A stretch of DNA of 64,000 bases, taken from contig OZ245006.1 of assembly GCA_965223545.1 (NCBI GenBank), forward strand, positions 4,544,001 to 4,608,000, given 5' to 3'. Each line of letters begins with the position of its first letter. Positions within the stretch are counted from its first letter, which is position 1. The position numbers were made by a program, and so were the translations under genes. Below the pieces are notes generated by a model, which ran no database searches, was not told where the DNA came from, and was given only the letters and a program-made list of their open reading frames with translations. Origin of the DNA: Planctomycetota bacterium (GTDB taxonomy: Bacteria > Planctomycetota > UBA1135 > UBA2386). Positions 10,442-19,726 of this stretch are shown piece after piece.

Positions 10442-11395
10442 TCAGTCGAACGGAAACGGTCGGACGGCGTCGAGTCGGTCGGCGCCGCCGGCCGCCATCA
10501 GCAGGCGATCGAAGCCCAGGGCGACGCCGGCGCATGGCGGCACGCCGCGGGCGAGCGCACTGAGGAGTGCCTCGTCGGCCGGCAGCTGCGGGCGGCCGGC
10601 GGCCTGCCGCGCGCGGTTGGCGGCGGTGAAGCGCTCGCGCTGCTCGGGCGCGTCCAAGAGCTCGTGATAGCCGTTGGCGAGCTCGATGCCGTCGAGGTAG
10701 AGCTCGAACCGCTCGGCGGCGCGATGGCCGTCGCGGTCGGTGTGGATGCGGGCGAGCGCGGCTTGCGACGCGGGGTAGTCGGTGACGAACTGCGGGGTGC
10801 CGGTGCCGAGCGTCGGCTCGATCACGGTGACCAGCAAGAGATCCAGGGCGTCGTCGAGCGAGCCTTGCTCGAACCCGTCGGGGAGCGCGACCCCGTTCCG
10901 GCGGCACGCTGCGCCGACGTCTCCGACGCTGGTCGCGAACGGGTCGACGCCCGCGCGCTCGCGGAAGAGGCTGCGGTAGGAGTCACGGGCGAACGGGGTC
11001 GGCGGCAGCGACGGAAGCAAAGCGCGCACCAAGGCCTCGACTTCGTCCATTAGCGCGTGGTGGTCGAAGCCTGTGCGGTACCACTCGAGCAAGGTGAACT
11101 CCGGCTCGTGGCGCGGGCCGAGCTCGCCGTCGCGGAACGCGTGCGCCAGCTGGTAGATCGGCCCCGACCCGGCCGCCAGCAGGCGCTTCATCGGCGCCTC
11201 GGGCGAGGTCAGCAGAAAGCGCTCGCGCGCGCCGCCGGGCACCTGCACCTGGCACGGGATCGGATCGATCGTCGCTTCCACCACCACGCCGCTGCCCAGC
11301 AGCGGCGTATCCACCTCGAGCACCCCGCGCTCGGCGAAGAACGCCCGCACCTTGGCGAACCACTCCGCCCGGCGGCGCAGGAGAGCGACGTCCAC
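10442..11395 (-). CDS. epmA: EF-P lysine aminoacylase (GenX/PoxA)
   Basis: LLTSPEAPMKRLLAAG, HEPEFTLLEWY, ELANGYHEL, GVALGFDRL; adjacent to efp; GTG start inferred. Confidence 0.93.
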   Translation of the reverse strand: MDVALLRRRAEWFAKVRAFFAERGVLEVDTPLLGSGVVVEATIDPIPCQVQVPGGARERFLLTSPEAPMKRLLAAGSGPIYQLAHAFRDGELGPRHEPEFTLLEWYRTGFDHHALMDEVEALVRALLPSLPPTPFARDSYRSLFRERAGVDPFATSVGDVGAACRRNGVALPDGFEQGSLDDALDLLLVTVIEPTLGTGTPQFVTDYPASQAALARIHTDRDGHRAAERFELYLDGIELANGYHELLDAPEQRERFTAANRARQAAGRPQLPADEALLSALARGVPPCAGVALGFDRLLMAAGGADRLDAVRPFPFD

Positions 11396-11403
11396 CGCCG
11401 CGG

Positions 11404-11976
11404 TTACGACTTGGTGACGCGCTCGACGTACTCGCCGGTGCGCGTGTCGATCTTGATGATGTCGCCGAGGTTGATGAAGGTCGGCACAGCGACCTCGGCG
11501 CCGCCCTCGACGGTGGCGGGCTTTTGCACGTTGCCGCTCGAGTTGCCCTTCTCGCCGGGTTCGGTGTAGGTCACCTCGAGCTCGACGTGGGCGGGCGGCG
11601 TCACCGAGATCGCGCGCCCCTCCCAAAACGTCACGTCGCAGGTCATCTCCTCCTTGAGCCACTTGGTGGTGTCGGCCAGGGCCTCGGCCGAGATCTCGTA
11701 TTGCTCGTAGGAGTCGGTGTCCATGAAGTGGTAGGCCGCGGCGTCCTTGTAGAGGTACTGGAGCGAGCGCTCGGTCACCTCGGTGGACTCGACGGTGTCG
11801 CCGCTGCGGTAGTTGCGGTCGAGGATGCGCCCGGTCAGCAAGTTGCGCAGCTTGGTGCGGTACACCGCTTGGCCTTTGCCGGGCTTCATGAACTCCATCT
11901 CGACCATCAAGTAGGGATCGCCCTCGATCAGGACCTTGATCCCGCGCTTGAAGTCACTCGTGCTGTACGTGCCCAT
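11404..11976 (-). CDS. efp: Elongation factor P
   Basis: KPGKGQA loop carrying the modifiable Lys; C-terminal IDTRTGEYVER. Confidence 0.97.
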   Translation of the reverse strand: MGTYSTSDFKRGIKVLIEGDPYLMVEMEFMKPGKGQAVYRTKLRNLLTGRILDRNYRSGDTVESTEVTERSLQYLYKDAAAYHFMDTDSYEQYEISAEALADTTKWLKEEMTCDVTFWEGRAISVTPPAHVELEVTYTEPGEKGNSSGNVQKPATVEGGAEVAVPTFINLGDIIKIDTRTGEYVERVTKS

Positions 11977-12110
11977 CAGTTGTTCCGTATCGGTCTCGCC
12001 GTGATTCTTCGCCGCGCGCGGGCGGAGTCCGAGAGAATTCTGGCCGGGTTTTGCCGCGTGCCGAGTGTGCGCTGGTTGGTAATCCGCCGGGTTGGCGGCA
12101 TCGTAACGGC

Positions 12111-13355
12111 ATGCGTTACCCCTCGATTCGGCGCAGGTCCCGAGTGTCCCGACGCCCCGTCCATCGCCGCGCGGGGGCCGTCATCCTCGGCTTCGGCGGC
12201 TTGCTCGTGGCCTGTTCCGCGCCTGGCACGGTCGAGACGCGGCATGGCTTCGAGGGGCTCGAGACCCTGCTGCGCGCGAACCGGTTCGAGCCGGTCTCGC
12301 CGCCCGAGGAGCGCTTGCTGCCGGGCACCGTCCTCGAGGCGGTGGCGCCGGGACGGCGGGCGGTCGTGGTGGCGTCGGTGTCCGACGTGTTTCCCGCGCT
12401 CGAGTTCCCCGACGGCCCGCCCGTGGACACGCCCAGCCAGGCGGCGTTCCTCAACAGCTGGAGCCACGTCGGGACCACCAGCGGCGACCTGTCGCTCAGC
12501 GCGCTGCTCGGCTCGGCGCGGCCGGGCGAGCTGGAGGCCACCCTTGCGGGCGAGGGCGTACACACGTACCGGCTGAGCTTCGGCGACGCGTCGATCGAGC
12601 GGCTGACTGCCGCGGCACTCGAGCGCCACCGCGAGCGGATTCCCGATGGCGCCCGCCGTAGGATCGACGCGGGGCTACCGGTGATCTTGGAGGCGCTCGT
12701 CGTCGAGTCCATCGTGTTGGACTTCTCGGATGCCGGCAAACAGTCGGTCAGCATCGGTGCCGATCTGCTGAACCGCGTCGGCCTGTCCATCGGCGGCGAG
12801 TGGCAGGAGCACGTGTCCGGTGGAATGGCCCGCGTCGGCCGCTTCGTGATCGGCGTGCAGACCCGCACGTTCGAGCTGCAGCACACCCGGTCTCCCGATG
12901 GCGCCGCGCATGCCACGCTTCGATTGCCGGTACCGCTGAAGCAACGCAGCGCCGACGAGCTCGTCGTCGAGAACCGCGATCTCGAGCCCAACGATTCGGC
13001 CGCGACCGCGACGGTGGTCGCGCCGACCGCGTCGATCGACGGCAAGGTCGGGTTCGGCGGTGACACCGAGGATTGGTTCGTGTTCCGCGCGCCGCGCGAT
13101 GGCGAGTGGAGCGTGTCGATCCGCAACGATGCGGCGCGGGGCACCAAGAACGCCAACCTCGGCAAGGTCGTCGTGTTCGGCGCCGACGGCCAGAATCAGC
13201 TCGTCGCGCGGCGCGGACCGTTCGCCCCCGGCCAGTCGACCAAGCGGCCGACCGTGCTGTCGGTGCACGGTGGCGAGTGGTACTTCGTCCGCGTCATCCC
13301 GGCGCCGCAGCGCGGGCATGCCGCGCCGTACCGCTTGACCCTGGCGATGCAATGA
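12111..13355 (+). CDS. Putative lipoprotein: gasdermin-like N-terminal domain plus PPC-like beta-sandwich
   Basis: Lipobox LLVAC. C-terminal EPNDSAATA...DTEDWFVF...YRL is PPC-like. Motif order in the N-domain resembles bacterial gasdermins (inference). Start uncertain. Confidence 0.6.
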   Translation: MRYPSIRRRSRVSRRPVHRRAGAVILGFGGLLVACSAPGTVETRHGFEGLETLLRANRFEPVSPPEERLLPGTVLEAVAPGRRAVVVASVSDVFPALEFPDGPPVDTPSQAAFLNSWSHVGTTSGDLSLSALLGSARPGELEATLAGEGVHTYRLSFGDASIERLTAAALERHRERIPDGARRRIDAGLPVILEALVVESIVLDFSDAGKQSVSIGADLLNRVGLSIGGEWQEHVSGGMARVGRFVIGVQTRTFELQHTRSPDGAAHATLRLPVPLKQRSADELVVENRDLEPNDSAATATVVAPTASIDGKVGFGGDTEDWFVFRAPRDGEWSVSIRNDAARGTKNANLGKVVVFGADGQNQLVARRGPFAPGQSTKRPTVLSVHGGEWYFVRVIPAPQRGHAAPYRLTLAMQ

Positions 13356-14338
13356 GCGCGGCGTGGCGGGCGCAGCTGCGCACCGCCGTGCGCGACGCGG
13401 ACGAGCTGATCGACCTTCTCGGGCTGCCCGATCGGCTGCGTCCTGCCGCGCGGCGCGCGGCGCGCGCGTTTCCGCTGATCGTGCCGCACGCGTTCATTGC
13501 CCGAATGCGCAAAGGCGATCCCGACGATCCACTGTTGCGGCAGGTGCTGCCGTTGGCCGCAGAGTGCGAGCCGCCGGGGCCGGGGTTCGTCCCCGATCCG
13601 GTCGGCGATCAGGCGGCGCGGACCACGCCTGGATTGTTGCGCAAGTATCGAGGCCGGGCGCTGTTGATGACGGCGCGAGTCTGCGCGGTCGGCTGCCGCT
13701 ACTGCTTTCGCCAGCACTACCCCTACGACGAGGAGCCGAGCGGCTTCGAGCAGCTGCGGCCCGCGATCGACGCGATCGCGTCGGCGACCGATCTGGAAGA
13801 GGTGATCCTCAGCGGTGGCGACCCGCTGGTGCGCAGCGATGAGTGGCTTTCGCAGCTGGTCGCGCAGCTCGACGCCATCCCCCATCTCCGCCGCCTGCGG
13901 CTGCACACCCGGCTGCCCATCGTGATTCCCGACCGCGTCGAGGACTCGCTGTTGCAGTGGTTGAAGACAACCCGCCTCGCGCCCGTCGTCGTCGTGCACG
14001 CAAACCACCCCGCCGAGATCGACGACGCCTGCGGTGCCGCCTTGCTGCGGTTGGTGGGGGCGGGGATTCCGGTGCTCAATCAGGCGGTGCTGCTGCGCGG
14101 CGTCAATGACGATGCCGAGACGCTGACCGCGTTGTCGAAGCGGTTGCTCGACGCGCGCGTGCTGCCGTACTACCTGCACCAGCTGGACCCGGTGGCCGGC
14201 GCGGCGCATTTCGAGGTCGCGGTCGAGCGAGGGCGCGCGCTGATCGCCGCGCTGCGCGAGCGCTTGCCGGGCTACGGCGTGCCGCGCTACGTGCGCGAGG
14301 TCGCAGGCGCCGCGCACAAGGTCGACCTCGCACCCTGA
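13352..14338 (+). CDS. epmB: EF-P beta-lysylation protein, KamA-family radical SAM lysine 2,3-aminomutase
   Basis: DPLLRQVLP, CAVGCRYCFR, EVILSGGDPL, NQAVLLRGVND, PYYLHQLD. Confidence 0.93.
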   Translation: MSAAWRAQLRTAVRDADELIDLLGLPDRLRPAARRAARAFPLIVPHAFIARMRKGDPDDPLLRQVLPLAAECEPPGPGFVPDPVGDQAARTTPGLLRKYRGRALLMTARVCAVGCRYCFRQHYPYDEEPSGFEQLRPAIDAIASATDLEEVILSGGDPLVRSDEWLSQLVAQLDAIPHLRRLRLHTRLPIVIPDRVEDSLLQWLKTTRLAPVVVVHANHPAEIDDACGAALLRLVGAGIPVLNQAVLLRGVNDDAETLTALSKRLLDARVLPYYLHQLDPVAGAAHFEVAVERGRALIAALRERLPGYGVPRYVREVAGAAHKVDLAP

Positions 14339-14365
14339 CCGGGCGCCGACTACGCTGATGCGCCA

Positions 14366-15133
14366 ATGACCCCCGCCTCGAACGCGCCGGGTGCGCGGTC
14401 CACGCCGGCGAGCGACCCGGCGATCGACGCGGTCGTGTTCGCCGGCGGGCTCGGCACGCGGCTGCGCGCCGCGGTCGCCGATCGGCCCAAGGTGCTGGCG
14501 GACGTGCGCGGTCGTCCGTTCCTGTCCTATCTCCTGGATCAGCTCGCCGCCGCCGGCATCGAGCGGGCGATCCTGTGCACCGGCTACATGGCGGAGCAAG
14601 TGGAGGCGGCGTTTGGCGCGGCGCATGGCGCGCTGCGTCTGGTCTACTCGCGCGAGGCGACGCCGATGGGCACCGGCGGCGCGCTGCGTTTGGCGCTGGA
14701 TCGGGTGCGGACCGATCCCGTCCTGGTCCTCAACGGGGACTCGTACTGCGGCGTCGACCTGCGTGCGCTGCTGGCCGCGCACCGCGCTTCGCGCGCCCGC
14801 GCCACGATGCTGCTGACGGAGGTCGAAGACGTCGCGCGCTACGGCGTCGTGCGGACCACTGCCGACGGTCGCGTCGAGAGCTTCGTCGAGAAGGGGGGCG
14901 CGCGCGGGCCGGGCTGGATCAACGCCGGCGTCTACGTCTTGCCGCGCGCGGAGATCGCCGCCTTGCCCGCGGATCGGCCGGTGTCGCTCGAGCGCGAGCT
15001 GCTGCCGCGGCTAGTGGACGCTGGCCTAGCCGGGCACCGCGCGCCGGGGCCGTTTCTCGACATCGGCACGCCGGAGTCGTACGCGGCGGCCGAGCGGTTC
15101 TTCGCGCGAGGGCGTCCCACCGACCCGGAGTGA
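14366..15133 (+). CDS. hddC: D-glycero-alpha-D-manno-heptose 1-phosphate guanylyltransferase-like nucleotidyltransferase
   Basis: AGGLGTRLR...PK, LNGDS, INAGVY, FLDIGTPESY; next to hddA. Confidence 0.82.
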   Translation: MTPASNAPGARSTPASDPAIDAVVFAGGLGTRLRAAVADRPKVLADVRGRPFLSYLLDQLAAAGIERAILCTGYMAEQVEAAFGAAHGALRLVYSREATPMGTGGALRLALDRVRTDPVLVLNGDSYCGVDLRALLAAHRASRARATMLLTEVEDVARYGVVRTTADGRVESFVEKGGARGPGWINAGVYVLPRAEIAALPADRPVSLERELLPRLVDAGLAGHRAPGPFLDIGTPESYAAAERFFARGRPTDPE

Positions 15134-15377
15134 TGCCAGGGGTACCACAGGGCATGCCGGGTGCCGAACGGCCGGCGGTACCGCGTGACCCAGCGAAGGG
15201 CCCCCCGCGGTCCGACCGGACCCCAGGGATAACCCGCGGACGCGGCCCGAGCCGATTCCCCTTGGCCTCGCCCGTCTCGCGCGGGCGGAGGTGCTACCGT
15301 TCTCCATGGGGATCTCCGGGGCCGCTCCCCGCGCGATCCGCTCCCCGCCCCGACCTCAGTCTCGCCGAACCGAAGCC

Positions 15378-16469
15378 GTGATCATCAGCCGAACTCCTTT
15401 CCGTGTGTCGTTCTTCGGCGGCGGCACGGACTACCCCGAGTGGTACCGGGAGCACGGTGGCGCGGTGCTCGCCACGACGATCAACAAGTACTGCTACATC
15501 CAGTGTCGCCACCTGCCGCCGTTCTTTGAGCACACCATCCGGCTGGTGTACTCGCGCATCGAGAACTGCAGCTCGATCGATGAGATCCAGCACCCGTCGA
15601 TCCGCGAGACGGTGCGCTACCTCGGTCTGGATCGCGGTCTCGAGATCCACCACGACGCCGATCTGCCGGCGCGGTGTGGGATGGGCTCGAGCTCCTCGTT
15701 CACCGTCGGGTTGCTGCACGCCCTGTATGCGCTCAAGGGGCAGATGCCGAGCAAGCGGCAGCTGGCCCGCGAGGCGATCCACGTCGAGCAGAACATGGTC
15801 AAGGAGACCGTCGGCTCGCAGGACCAAGTGTCCGCGGCGCATGGCGGGCTCAACCAGGTGATCTTCAACAAGAACGGCGAGATCTCGGTGCATCCGGTGC
15901 TGGTCCCGCCGGAGCGCGTGCGCGAACTCAACGAGCACCTGATCCTGTTCTACACCGGCATCAAGCGCACCGCGTCCGACGTCGCCAAGACCTACGTCGA
16001 AGACCTCGACAAGAAGAAGTCCCAGCTGCGCGTGATGCGCAACCTCGTCGATGAAGGGCTTTCGACCTTGACCAGCGGCCGTGACCTCAACGCCTTCGGT
16101 GAGCTGCTGCACGAGGCGTGGCAGATGAAGCGCAGCCTCAGCGCCAAGACCACCAACGCCGAGGTCGACGACGTCTACGCGCGCGCGCGCGCGGCCGGCG
16201 CGGTCGGCGGCAAGCTGACCGGCGCGGGCGGCGGCGGGTTCATGCTGATGTTCGCCCCTCCAGACCGGCGCAAGGCCGTCAAGGAGGCGCTGCGCGATCT
16301 GATCTACGTGCCGTTCCAGATGGAATCGTCCGGCACCCAGATCATCTTCTACGACCCAGAAGAGGACTACTCGGAGTACGAGGCCCGCCGCGCGCTGGAG
16401 CCCAAGCGGGTGTTCCGCGAGCTCAGCGAGGTGGAGCGAGGCGAGCGCGCGGCAGGCGGTGGCGCTTAG
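15378..16469 (+). CDS. hddA: D-glycero-alpha-D-manno-heptose 7-phosphate kinase (GHMP family)
   Basis: SRTPFRVSFFGGGTDY, GMGSSSSF, GSQDQ, GGKLTGAGGGGF. Confidence 0.88.
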   Translation: MIISRTPFRVSFFGGGTDYPEWYREHGGAVLATTINKYCYIQCRHLPPFFEHTIRLVYSRIENCSSIDEIQHPSIRETVRYLGLDRGLEIHHDADLPARCGMGSSSSFTVGLLHALYALKGQMPSKRQLAREAIHVEQNMVKETVGSQDQVSAAHGGLNQVIFNKNGEISVHPVLVPPERVRELNEHLILFYTGIKRTASDVAKTYVEDLDKKKSQLRVMRNLVDEGLSTLTSGRDLNAFGELLHEAWQMKRSLSAKTTNAEVDDVYARARAAGAVGGKLTGAGGGGFMLMFAPPDRRKAVKEALRDLIYVPFQMESSGTQIIFYDPEEDYSEYEARRALEPKRVFRELSEVERGERAAGGGA

Positions 16470-16542
16470 CGGCGAGGCTCGGCTTCACCGTCCGGCGCGC
16501 TCTTGACGGCCCCGGGCATCCCCCTGAGAGTCTGGCGCGAAC

Positions 16543-17565
16543 ATGAGCTATTGGAACGACAAGCGTGTGCTCGTCACCGGCGGTGGCGGCTTCTTGGGTA
16601 GCCACGTGGTGGAGAAGCTGCGTGACGCCGGCTGCGAGCGGATGTTCGTCGTCCGCAGCGGTGACTACGACCTGCGCAGCGAGGCCGCGGTGGAGAAGCT
16701 GTTTGCCGATCTGCGCGGCGGCGCTGGTGGCTGGACGCCGGGCGCCGACGAGGCGCCGGTGGACATCGTCCTGCACCTGGCGGGGCTGGTCGGCGGCATC
16801 GGCTCCAACAAGGAACGGCCGGCCGACTTCTTCTACGACAACATCATGATGGGCGTGCTGACCCTCCACCACGCGTGGAAGAACGGCGCGCAGAAGCTGG
16901 TCGCGGCCGGTGCCGGCTGTGGCTACCCCGAGCACGCGCCGCTGCCCTTGGCGGAGAGCTCGTTCTGGAACGGGTTCCCGCAGTACGAGAGCGCGCCCTA
17001 CTCGCTGGCCAAGCGCATGCTGCACGTGCAGTCGATGGCCTACTGGCGGCAGCACCGCTTCCCGGTGATCGTCACCATTCCCGGCAACATCTACGGCCCC
17101 TACGACCAGTTCGACCTGGAGCACAGCCACGTGGTGCCGGGGCTGGTGCGCAAGTTCGTCGAGGCGACCGCTGCCGACGCGACGCCCGAGCAGAGGCGCG
17201 TCGTCGTCTGGGGCAGCGGCAAGCCGACGCGCGACTTCGTCTACGCCGGCGACGTCGCCGAGGGCATCCTCGCCGCCGGCGAGCACTACGACGAGCCGTC
17301 GCTGCTCAACCTGTCGTCCGGCAGCGAGCACAGCATCCGCGAAGTCGTCGACGCCCTGGTCGATATCACCGGCTTCCAGGGCGAGGTCGAGTGGGACAGC
17401 GACCGGCCCGACGGGCAGGCGCGGCGCATGTTCGACGTCAGCAAGGCCAAGAGCGAGATGGGGTTCTCCTGCAAGACCAGCCTGCGCGACGGCCTGCGGC
17501 GCACGGTCGACTGGTACCGCGAGAACCGCGAGAGCGCGCGCAACGTGCTGAGCTTCCGGTCATGA
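16543..17565 (+). CDS. GDP-fucose synthase-like epimerase/reductase (Fcl family)
   Basis: TGGGGFLG, VGGIG.N, GCGYP, YSLAK, SHVVPGL, WGSGKPTRDF. Confidence 0.85.
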   Translation: MSYWNDKRVLVTGGGGFLGSHVVEKLRDAGCERMFVVRSGDYDLRSEAAVEKLFADLRGGAGGWTPGADEAPVDIVLHLAGLVGGIGSNKERPADFFYDNIMMGVLTLHHAWKNGAQKLVAAGAGCGYPEHAPLPLAESSFWNGFPQYESAPYSLAKRMLHVQSMAYWRQHRFPVIVTIPGNIYGPYDQFDLEHSHVVPGLVRKFVEATAADATPEQRRVVVWGSGKPTRDFVYAGDVAEGILAAGEHYDEPSLLNLSSGSEHSIREVVDALVDITGFQGEVEWDSDRPDGQARRMFDVSKAKSEMGFSCKTSLRDGLRRTVDWYRENRESARNVLSFRS

Positions 17566-18398
17566 GTGGCCGCGTCGTGATCGTCACCGGTGGGGGCACC
17601 GGCATCGGCAAGGAGATCGCCCGCGCGTTTGTCGCCGCCGGCGACCGCGTCGTGCTGTGCGGCCGCAACGAAGCGCCGCTCGAAGCAGCCGTCAGCGAAA
17701 TCGGCGGCAATTGCCAGGCTCGGGTCTGCGACGTCGCCGACCGTGTCTCGGTGCGCGCGCTGGTCGACGGCGTCGTTACGGCGGAGGGCCGCATCGACGT
17801 GCTGGTCAACAACGCCGGCATCTACGGCCCGATCGGATTGTTGCACGACAACGACGTCGACCACTGGATCGACACCGTGCAGATCAACCTGATCGGCGTG
17901 TTCCTCACCACGCACGCCGTCGCGCCGATCATGGTCCGGCAGGGCGGTGGCTCGATCATCAACCTGTCCGGCGGCGGCGCGACCGCGCCCAAGGCGCGCT
18001 ACTCGGCCTACGCGGCCTCCAAGGCCGGCGTCGTGCGGCTGACCGAGAACGTCGCCGCCGAGCTCGACGAGCACGGCGTGCGCTGTAATGCCATCGCGCC
18101 CGGCTTCATCGTCACGCGCTTCCACCAGGAGACCTTGGCGGCGGGGCCCGACAAGGACCCGGGCGCCGATGCGATCCGGCAGAAGATCGAGAAGGGCGGC
18201 GACGATCCGCAGAAGGCCGCCGAGCTTGCCGTCTTCTTGGCAAGCGAGGCGTCCAGTGGCATCAACGGCCGCCTGATCAGCGCGATTTGGGACGACTGGC
18301 GCAGTCCCGAGCTGCAGGAGAAGTTGCGCGCGTCGAAGGACTTCGGTGCGCTGCGCCGGATCGATGGGTTCATGTTCACGGAAGTGGAGCGGAAATGA
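17562..18398 (+). CDS. SDR family oxidoreductase
   Basis: TGGGTGIG, NNAG, YAASK. Confidence 0.9.
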   Translation: MSGRVVIVTGGGTGIGKEIARAFVAAGDRVVLCGRNEAPLEAAVSEIGGNCQARVCDVADRVSVRALVDGVVTAEGRIDVLVNNAGIYGPIGLLHDNDVDHWIDTVQINLIGVFLTTHAVAPIMVRQGGGSIINLSGGGATAPKARYSAYAASKAGVVRLTENVAAELDEHGVRCNAIAPGFIVTRFHQETLAAGPDKDPGADAIRQKIEKGGDDPQKAAELAVFLASEASSGINGRLISAIWDDWRSPELQEKLRASKDFGALRRIDGFMFTEVERK

Positions 18399-19726
18399 CG
18401 CGACTCGCGGTCGTGGGGTCTTGGCACCTCGCCTCGGTCATGGCGGCGTGCCTCGCCGAGAAGGGGCACACCGTGCGGGTCGTGCACGACGACGCCGACG
18501 CGATCGAGTCGCTCGGCCGCGGTGTACCGACGGTGTACGAGCCGGAGCTCGAGGACTCGATCAAGAAGAGCCTGAAGCGCAAGCGCATCTCGTTCACCAC
18601 CGACTTCGACAAGGCGCTGCGCGGCACGCGCATCGTGTTCTTGTCGCTGGACACACCGATCACTCCCCAGGGCACGATCGACTTGTCGCCGATCCGCAAG
18701 GCGGTGCGCCAGGTCGCGCGCGCGGCGTCGCGGTCGATGATCCTCGTGGTCTCGAGCCAGGTGCCGATCGGCACCTGCGAGAAGCTGCAGCAGATCGCGC
18801 GCAAGGAGAGCGCGCACGCCGTCGACGTGGTCTGCAATCCGGAGTTCTTGCGCCTCGGTGGCGCGATGCCGCTGCAGCGGCAGCCCGATCGCGTGATCCT
18901 CGGCGCCGACGACGCCAAGGTCGCGGCCGCGGTGGAGAAGGTCTACGAGCCTTTTGGCGTGCCGACCGTGCTGATGTCGCTGCGCGAGGCCGAGATCGTC
19001 AAGCACGCGACCAACGCCTACGTCGCCAATCAAGTCAGCTTCATCGGCGAGATCGCCCAAGTGTGCGACGAGTACGGGGCCGACGCCATGCCGGTGTCCA
19101 AGGCGCTGAAGCTCGACAAGCGCTGTGGCCGCTACGCCTACGTGCGGCCGGGCCTCGGCTTCAACGGCGGCACCGTGCGCCGCGACGTGCTGCTGCTGTC
19201 CAAGCTGGCGCGCGACAAGAAGCGCAGCGCGCCCCTGATGGACGCGATCATCGAAGTCAACGAGCGCACCAACGCCACCGTCGTGACCCGCCTGGTCGAG
19301 ATGCTGAAGCGGCCGAAGGGCAAGCAGATCGGCCTGCTCGGGCTGACCTACAAGGCGCACACCAGCACGCTGCGGCACTCGCTGACGCTGCAGATCGCCG
19401 GTTGGATGATGGAGCACGGGCTGCGGCTGCGCGCCTACGACCCGATCATCCCGCCGCAGCGCAGCGGAGTGCGCTCCAAGGTGCACGAGTGGGACGTGCC
19501 CGACGAGATCGCGCTGTGCGCCAGCATCGAAGAGTGCGCCGCGGGAGCCGACGCCCTCGTGGTGATGACCGACAAGGACGACTTCAAGGACTTGCCGCTC
19601 GACGCGCTCGGTGCCTCGATGCGCAAGCGCATCCTGGTCGACGCGGTCGGCTTCTACGACGCCGCCACCGCCAAGGCCGCGGGCTTCCGCTACATCACGA
19701 TCGGCCGGGGGTTCCGATGGCAGTGA
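18395..19726 (+). CDS. UDP-glucose/GDP-mannose dehydrogenase family protein (atypical active site)
   Basis: YEPEL, NPEFLRLG, AEIVKHATNA, LGLTYK; GFNGGT replaces the canonical GFGGSC. Confidence 0.85.
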   Translation: MTRLAVVGSWHLASVMAACLAEKGHTVRVVHDDADAIESLGRGVPTVYEPELEDSIKKSLKRKRISFTTDFDKALRGTRIVFLSLDTPITPQGTIDLSPIRKAVRQVARAASRSMILVVSSQVPIGTCEKLQQIARKESAHAVDVVCNPEFLRLGGAMPLQRQPDRVILGADDAKVAAAVEKVYEPFGVPTVLMSLREAEIVKHATNAYVANQVSFIGEIAQVCDEYGADAMPVSKALKLDKRCGRYAYVRPGLGFNGGTVRRDVLLLSKLARDKKRSAPLMDAIIEVNERTNATVVTRLVEMLKRPKGKQIGLLGLTYKAHTSTLRHSLTLQIAGWMMEHGLRLRAYDPIIPPQRSGVRSKVHEWDVPDEIALCASIEECAAGADALVVMTDKDDFKDLPLDALGASMRKRILVDAVGFYDAATAKAAGFRYITIGRGFRWQ

